A DNA stretch of 4,145 bases from assembly GCA_000004985.1 (NCBI GenBank), contig GG739196.1. One strand, given 5' to 3'. The position numbers and the translations under genes were made by a program. Below are positions 1 through 4,145 of this stretch, piece after piece. The DNA is from Naegleria gruberi (Eukaryota). The first letter of the stretch is position 1. The number at the start of each line of letters is the position of its first letter. Below the pieces are notes generated by a model. It was not told the origin of the DNA and made no database searches. It saw only the letters and a list, made by a program, of their open reading frames with translations.

Positions 1-299
1 GAGAATCATTTACTTATTGCGAGAGTGCTCACCAATTAAGGATTGTGGTATTGGCTTTTAAGGAAGATCGTTCTACAACTTTCAATACCATCTCTCTTGA
101 CTGTATTATATTGTTGAATACTGGACAAGAGAGAATGACCAGAAAATGGACAAAAGGAATATGAACTCTTTCATAAATTGAGGAATCGTCTTTGAGAGAT
201 GAGGATCTATCTTATGTAATCCTGCATATAATTCCACAATGATTTTGGGTTTAAACTACATCAAGGTTTTAAAAAGGCAAAGAATAAGCAAGAGGCCTT

Positions 300-516
300 T
301 TTCTTTTTACCAATATATTTAAAAGACATTCACGATCTTGGTGCAAGATATTTTAAGGATAATTGAAAAAAATTGTAAAAGTTTCCTGTAACGGATTTAA
401 TCTATTAATAATTTCAAAAAAAATACCACAACGTATACTTACTCCTTCACTACTGTGGATTTATCTAATAAATAACGTTTTTTCATAATACTACTATCGC
501 AAACATTTAATCTAAA
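300..516 (+). promoter_or_regulatory. Putative promoter/5' leader of the 517-1221 gene (AT-rich, TATA-like tatatttaaaa at 314-324, oligo-A tracts)
   Basis: The only support is position upstream of the ORF, AT richness, a TATATTTAAAA element and A7-A8 runs at 367-373 and 415-422. No transcript data. Confidence 0.15.
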
Positions 517-1221
517 ATGATGAAACCAAGCCATTCTAACAATCAACCTGCTACTACTCCGCAATTTCTAAATGACATTCTCAAGCAATTAACCAACAAG
601 TCATCAAACAAAAATTCCTTTCCCGTTGCTCCCTCTTCAATTGTGTCGAATAACAATACAGCCACACCTTCGAATAATAGACAGGCAAGGTACTCGTCTT
701 CCAAGAATAACAATAGAAAATCAAACAATAATGTAAATAACGGACACAGAAAGAAACGAAACATTCAAAAGCCAATTAAAATCATTCAATCGAGAAGTTG
801 GTTTGGCAGTGAAGACGATTGGCTGCAGGGAAATGTTGTTCCTGTTCAAAGTCCAAGTTTCTTGTTGTTCAATCAAACTGATTCATCAGTTTTAAAACAA
901 GATTCGAATAATAAACAGAGTGTCGTTTCTGCTTTTGATTTCTTCAAGATTCAAAGGAAGGAAAGTATTGCTGAACTCTCTCAAAACAACAACTCCTCTC
1001 TTAAAACAATCATTGCCAATACAGATCAATCAGTGTGTCCAATCTGTGAAGAAGATTTGGATAAATCATACGATTCTCAGAGAATGAATTGGGTTTTGAG
1101 TGAGGCAGAGTTTTCACCTTCTCTGCAATTATATGTCCACTCAAATTGTTCCAATTCAAAGAAGAGAAAAGTTATTCCAAATCATTCATCAGTCGAAACT
1201 TTGAAAAAGGTGAAAATTTGA
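517..1221 (+). CDS. Hypothetical Asn/Ser/Thr-rich low-complexity protein, probably nuclear, with a possible C2HC-type zinc-binding motif; no family recognised
   Basis: Uninterrupted 234-codon ORF from ATG at 517 (A-rich context ctaaaATGatg) to TGA at 1219-1221. The N-terminal half is poly-N/S/T low complexity (NNNTATPSNN, SSSKNNNRKSNNNVNN). Basic patches GHRKKRNIQKPIK and SKKRKVIP resemble monopartite NLSs. The C-terminal region has C-P-I-C (about 1035-1046), then about 33 aa, then H-S-N-C (about 1138-1149). The only antisense ORFs are short and low-complexity. Confidence 0.55.
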   Translation: MMKPSHSNNQPATTPQFLNDILKQLTNKSSNKNSFPVAPSSIVSNNNTATPSNNRQARYSSSKNNNRKSNNNVNNGHRKKRNIQKPIKIIQSRSWFGSEDDWLQGNVVPVQSPSFLLFNQTDSSVLKQDSNNKQSVVSAFDFFKIQRKESIAELSQNNNSSLKTIIANTDQSVCPICEEDLDKSYDSQRMNWVLSEAEFSPSLQLYVHSNCSNSKKRKVIPNHSSVETLKKVKI

Positions 1222-1247
1222 AACTTAAATTAATTTCGTCTCCTTTT

Positions 1248-1260
1248 ACCCGCTCATTTT
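1248..1260 (+). repeat. Left terminal inverted repeat ACCCGCTCATTTT
   Basis: Exact 13-bp reverse-complement match to 3476-3488. Similarity stops immediately outside (1247 t versus the complement of 3489, a). Confidence 0.5.
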
Positions 1261-1460
1261 TGTTGACGCTTGTTTTGACGATTTTATAGTCATGAATGAC
1301 GCCTTTGTTTATGCTTGTTAAGGTGTCATTGGGACGGTGTTGTGGACGTCAAAATGACGTTTTTTTTCGTCATTTTGACGGTGTCAATTTGGGAGTCATT
1401 AAGACGTCACAAAAAGCGTCCTCAATGACGTCTCAAAGTGTGTCTCCAATGACGTTACAG
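1261..1460 (+). repeat. Subterminal repeat region: about 12 copies of TGACG / (A)ATGACG(T) / GACGTC (ACGT core) in both orientations, with internal direct repeats
   Basis: ttgacgc (1263), ttgacga (1275), atgacgc, gggacgg, ggacgtc, aatgacgt, ttcgtcat, ttgacgg, agacgtcac, agcgtcc, atgacgtc, atgacgtt. Direct repeat pair GcGTCcTCAATGACGTc (about 1413-1431) / GtGTCtcCAATGACGTt (about 1439-1456). Second pair GGTGTCAtTGGGAcG (1322-1337) / GGTGTCAatTTGGGAg (1380-1396). Confidence 0.55.
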
Positions 1461-1540
1461 AATGATCATTAATTTTTGATAAATTGAAATTTTATTGAAC
1501 TATTCATAATTCTTACAAGTCGAAAATCTTTCATCTTGAA

Positions 1541-1613
1541 CCATTTCACATTGAGTTAAACCCAATGCTGTGATTTCACACTGTGTGAATTAGCATTGTA
1601 AAAGATTTCACAC
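1541..1613. repeat. ATTTCACA(C) direct repeats with a perfect 15-bp palindrome and flanking inverted arms, abutting the gap
   Basis: GATTTCACAC at 1572-1581 and again at 1604-1613; a related atttcacat at 1543-1551. TTCACACtGTGTGAA at 1575-1589 is a perfect palindrome. Outer arms CAATGCT (1563-1569) and AGCATTG (1592-1598) are inverted repeats. The gap begins directly after the second GATTTCACAC copy. Confidence 0.6.
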
Positions 1614-2816
1614 NNNNNNNNNNNNNNNNNNNNNNNNNNNNNNNNNNNNNNNNNNNNNNNNNNNNNNNNNNNNNNNNNNNNNNNNNNNNNNNNNNNNNNN
1701 NNNNNNNNNNNNNNNNNNNNNNNNNNNNNNNNNNNNNNNNNNNNNNNNNNNNNNNNNNNNNNNNNNNNNNNNNNNNNNNNNNNNNNNNNNNNNNNNNNNN
1801 NNNNNNNNNNNNNNNNNNNNNNNNNNNNNNNNNNNNNNNNNNNNNNNNNNNNNNNNNNNNNNNNNNNNNNNNNNNNNNNNNNNNNNNNNNNNNNNNNNNN
1901 NNNNNNNNNNNNNNNNNNNNNNNNNNNNNNNNNNNNNNNNNNNNNNNNNNNNNNNNNNNNNNNNNNNNNNNNNNNNNNNNNNNNNNNNNNNNNNNNNNNN
2001 NNNNNNNNNNNNNNNNNNNNNNNNNNNNNNNNNNNNNNNNNNNNNNNNNNNNNNNNNNNNNNNNNNNNNNNNNNNNNNNNNNNNNNNNNNNNNNNNNNNN
2101 NNNNNNNNNNNNNNNNNNNNNNNNNNNNNNNNNNNNNNNNNNNNNNNNNNNNNNNNNNNNNNNNNNNNNNNNNNNNNNNNNNNNNNNNNNNNNNNNNNNN
2201 NNNNNNNNNNNNNNNNNNNNNNNNNNNNNNNNNNNNNNNNNNNNNNNNNNNNNNNNNNNNNNNNNNNNNNNNNNNNNNNNNNNNNNNNNNNNNNNNNNNN
2301 NNNNNNNNNNNNNNNNNNNNNNNNNNNNNNNNNNNNNNNNNNNNNNNNNNNNNNNNNNNNNNNNNNNNNNNNNNNNNNNNNNNNNNNNNNNNNNNNNNNN
2401 NNNNNNNNNNNNNNNNNNNNNNNNNNNNNNNNNNNNNNNNNNNNNNNNNNNNNNNNNNNNNNNNNNNNNNNNNNNNNNNNNNNNNNNNNNNNNNNNNNNN
2501 NNNNNNNNNNNNNNNNNNNNNNNNNNNNNNNNNNNNNNNNNNNNNNNNNNNNNNNNNNNNNNNNNNNNNNNNNNNNNNNNNNNNNNNNNNNNNNNNNNNN
2601 NNNNNNNNNNNNNNNNNNNNNNNNNNNNNNNNNNNNNNNNNNNNNNNNNNNNNNNNNNNNNNNNNNNNNNNNNNNNNNNNNNNNNNNNNNNNNNNNNNNN
2701 NNNNNNNNNNNNNNNNNNNNNNNNNNNNNNNNNNNNNNNNNNNNNNNNNNNNNNNNNNNNNNNNNNNNNNNNNNNNNNNNNNNNNNNNNNNNNNNNNNNN
2801 NNNNNNNNNNNNNNNN
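1614..2816. other. Assembly/scaffold gap (1203 N)
   Basis: Unbroken run of n from 1614 to 2816. Any ORF called across it is an artefact. Confidence 0.98.
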
Positions 2817-3101
2817 ATGTATAGACCAGAAATTGGTATCTTTGGTGCCTTGTCCTATGTTGCCATCAATGCTGAATAAGACAAGTTCCTTTCTATTGTC
2901 TTTGTCAAGCTTGGCTCCATTGGTTCCCCAGCCACAATGACTAGAACTGTGCAAGCTGCTGAAGCTATTGCTCTCTACGGCTTGTTGTTGTTCCAATTCC
3001 AATTCTGATGTATTACCATATCTTCTGATAGCTTGTGTAGGTTCATTCATAGTCTTGTTGAAAAGGTAACCAGTACCACTACCGTAAATGGTATTATTCA
3101 A
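2817..3101 (-). CDS. Element-internal ORF fragment, N-terminal 95 codons visible, continuing into the gap; unknown function, candidate transposase or element accessory protein
   Basis: The minus strand is open for 95 codons from 3101 to the gap edge: LNNTIYGSGTGYLFNKTMNEPTQAIRRYGNTSELELEQQQAVESNSFSSLHSSSHCGWGTNGAKLDKDNRKELVLFSIDGNIGQGTKDTNFWSIH. All three plus-strand frames stop within about 120 nt (2817 frame: MYRPEIGIFGALSYVAINAE*). The start is unclear. The ORF-track M at 3101-3099 is TTG. An in-frame TGA sits at 3119-3117 and the first in-frame ATG at 3050-3048. An ATG at 3129-3127 opens a +1 frame (MSILTMSRGIE*, stop at 3096-3094), suggesting an intron, a frameshift or a decayed copy. 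The ORF-track label + for 1608..3101 is wrong; the translation is of the minus strand. Confidence 0.4.
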
Positions 3102-3315
3102 TTCCTCTAGACATTGTCAAAATGCTCATTGGTAAAGTGACTAAAAAACAGTGCTTGGAATCCTGTATGAGAACTGTAGAAAGTTCTTTGAAGCAGGGGA
3201 TAAAGAAAGTGATTGGAAGGCAGTTGATGAAGATGTTAAGCTTTATTTTTTAAATTATTTTCAAAAATATTCACAAGTCTGAAATACGTCACCTCCTCCT
3301 TCACTGATTTTCATC

Positions 3316-3392
3316 ATCAAAACAACACAAAACAAACAACAACAAATAAACAACACATTACAACATCAAGTAGAACACAACAGAATATCGAT
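3316..3392. repeat. CA/ACAA-rich low-complexity tract (TTGT-rich on the minus strand)
   Basis: caaaacaacacaaaacaaacaacaacaaataaacaacacattacaacatcaagtagaacacaacagaa. It is essentially G/T-free on the plus strand and lies between the right subterminal repeats and the internal ORF. Confidence 0.6.
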
Positions 3393-3419
3393 AATTAACT
3401 TTGGAGTAACTTTATGCAA

Positions 3420-3475
3420 AAACGTCAGTGATGACGTCAAAAAAAGCGTCAATCCACCATCAGGAATGACGAAAT
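3420..3475 (-). repeat. Subterminal repeat region at the opposite end (ACGTCA, ATGACGTCA, AGCGTCAA, AATGACGAA)
   Basis: aacgtcagtgatgacgtcaaaaaaagcgtcaat...ggaatgacgaaat lies immediately inside the right TIR. It includes the perfect CRE-like palindrome TGACGTCA at 3432-3439 and the conserved 18-bp block 3435-3452 shared with 1263-1280. Confidence 0.5.
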
Positions 3476-3488
3476 AAAATGAGCGGGT
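3476..3488 (-). repeat. Right terminal inverted repeat (reverse complement ACCCGCTCATTTT)
   Basis: Exact 13-bp inverted match to 1248-1260. Confidence 0.5.
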
Positions 3489-3545
3489 TGTACATCAATT
3501 AAATAAAATCCTTAATTTACTATTAAATCACATCATCTTATTTTT

Positions 3546-4145
3546 CTAATTCCTAGAGTCAATCAACTTGTTAACCATTCTATCAAATGTTTTGTAAAAG
3601 TCCGCAACATCCACAGTCAAGTAATCTCCCAAACTGTCCTTTCTCAAATTCTTTGGATTTGAATTACTCCACAATGTATAGTCATTTCCCTTCCAAAATG
3701 TGAATTGTTCAAAGCATCTCCATCCTCTTGTTGTTACTGTATTCCAAATTTCAAGAACTGCAGAGGTTTCCTCAGGCATCCACAATGAGTGAGTCAATCC
3801 AGCTCCATGATATCCAATTAAAAAATCTGAATCGTGAACTTTTTGAATTTGTTCAACTAATTTCAAATGTGCAAAATCAACTCTTTCCACTGTGAATTTC
3901 TTGCCATATTCTCTGTGAGTCTTCATTCGATCCAACACCTCTTCTTCATTGCTAATTTGACGAGACATGAAATTGTGCTCGACTCCAAATTTCACATAAG
4001 GTCTTCGACTGATGAACAAGACACGAATCACATCACCCTTATTGATTTCTCTCTTCTTGATACCCAAACCATTCAAAATTCTATTGGCAAAATTGGCAAC
4101 GAGTGGAATTTTTGAGTGACACATAGTAGCATCATTCTCATTAAA
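3546..4145 (-). CDS. Glycosyltransferase family 61 (DUF563; EOGT-like or beta-1,2-xylosyltransferase-like), C-terminal catalytic portion, 5'-partial
   Basis: Minus-strand ORF with stop TAG at 3546-3548 (plus-strand cta). Translation contains DFLIGYHGAGLTHSLWMPEETSAVLEIW; HGAGLTH plus a downstream hydrophobic/acidic segment is the conserved GT61/EOGT core motif. Upstream of it lie VIRVLFISRR and NEEEVLDRMK, matching the family pattern of a basic stretch followed by a helper helix. The ORF-track Met at 4124 is not necessarily the start: the 21 nt upstream (4125-4145, minus frame FNENDAT) have no in-frame stop, so the frame is open to the window edge. Full GT61 proteins are much longer than 192 aa. 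Confidence 0.85.
   Translation of the reverse strand, partial: FNENDATMCHSKIPLVANFANRILNGLGIKKREINKGDVIRVLFISRRPYVKFGVEHNFMSRQISNEEEVLDRMKTHREYGKKFTVERVDFAHLKLVEQIQKVHDSDFLIGYHGAGLTHSLWMPEETSAVLEIWNTVTTRGWRCFEQFTFWKGNDYTLWSNSNPKNLRKDSLGDYLTVDVADFYKTFDRMVNKLIDSRN

Larger units (their letters stand above)
1248..3488 (-). mobile_element. Putative TIR-class DNA transposon (superfamily unassigned) with 13-bp TIRs, TGACG-type subterminal repeats and an internal minus-strand ORF; interior largely hidden by an assembly gap
   Basis: Perfect inverted repeat ACCCGCTCATTTT at 1248-1260 and its reverse complement AAAATGAGCGGGT at 3476-3488. Just inside each copy is a dense TGACG/GACGTC cluster, facing inward at both ends. 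A second shared block lies inside both ends: TTGACGCTTGTTTTGACG at 1263-1280 versus the reverse complement of 3435-3452, TTGACGCTTTTTTTGACG (17/18 identical), offset by a 21-bp indel. The flanks outside the TIRs are unrelated. The element sits between the stop codons of two convergent genes. Confidence 0.45.

Noticed and set aside
3-164. 53-codon plus-strand frame open from the window edge to TGA at 162-164 (possible C-terminus of an upstream gene)
   Set aside because: It is too short to distinguish from chance in AT-rich sequence when only about 160 nt are visible, and it has no recognisable motif. It would need the upstream sequence to judge.
543-775. Two short minus-strand ORFs (73 and 64 aa) antisense to the 517-1221 gene
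   Set aside because: They lie wholly within the sense ORF and translate to Phe/Leu/Cys-rich low complexity, the mirror image of the AAT/AAC/TCA-rich sense strand. These are typical antisense artefacts in AT-rich coding DNA.
172-1492. Near-matches to the mimivirus early-promoter octamer AAAATTGA (taaattga at 174-181, ataattga at 359-366, taaattga at 1484-1491), raising the idea of a giant-virus origin
   Set aside because: All are 7/8 matches, expected by chance in 65-70 percent AT sequence. None is positioned 40-60 nt upstream of an ORF start. The poly-N proteins and GT61 fit a eukaryotic host equally well.
1608-3101. ORF-track 497-aa plus-strand protein
   Set aside because: Over 80 percent of it is translated N from the assembly gap. 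The strand label is wrong (the residues are minus-strand) and the M is a TTG. Only the 95 codons at 2817-3101 are real, and they are reported separately as a partial element ORF.
1222-3545. piggyBac-like interpretation (CCC...GGG termini with a TTAA target duplication)
   Set aside because: The termini do start CCC/GGG and piggyBac has TGACG-containing subterminal repeats. However, the immediate flanks are tttTA|CCC and GGG|TTgta, not TTAA on both sides. The nearest TTAA motifs sit at asymmetric distances (about 20 bp versus about 11 bp from the termini). Not supported without more copies.
3867-4115. 82-aa plus-strand ORF
   Set aside because: It is entirely antisense to the GT61 coding region, which has clear family-level homology on the minus strand. 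No independent support.
1-4145. Prokaryotic defence-system, operon or CRISPR interpretation
   Set aside because: There are no Shine-Dalgarno-linked co-directional genes, no repeat-spacer array and no recognisable defence domains. The convergent gene layout, Asn-rich low-complexity ORF, A-rich ATG context and estimated-size N gap point to a eukaryotic scaffold. The only hits to ttcgaa-type tRNA T-arm motifs lie inside coding sequence.

Overview
AT-rich eukaryote-like window with no sign of prokaryotic operon organisation, and no rRNA, tRNA or CRISPR that I can recognise. Two convergent protein-coding genes flank a 2.2-kb intergenic block. The left gene is 517-1221 (+), a 234-aa Asn/Ser-rich low-complexity protein with basic NLS-like patches and a C-terminal C-x2-C...H-x2-C motif. 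The right gene is 3546 to beyond 4145 (-), the C-terminal catalytic part of a GT61/DUF563 (EOGT-like or beta-1,2-xylosyltransferase-like) glycosyltransferase with the diagnostic HGAGLTH motif; its 5' end lies off-window. The block between them (about 1248-3488) looks like a TIR-type DNA transposon. It has a perfect 13-bp terminal inverted repeat ACCCGCTCATTTT at 1248-1260 and 3476-3488. Inside both ends are TGACG/ACGT-core subterminal repeat clusters, including a conserved 18-bp block TTGACGCTTKTTTTGACG. It also holds a CA-rich tract, an internal minus-strand ORF of unrecognised function, and a 1203-nt assembly gap (1614-2816) that hides most of the interior. The ORF-track entry 1608..3101 (497 aa, labelled +) is almost entirely translated N; its real residues come from the minus strand (2817-3101 and 1608-1613). 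The transposon superfamily cannot be assigned from what is visible. The most novel candidate is the element itself and its uncharacterised internal protein.
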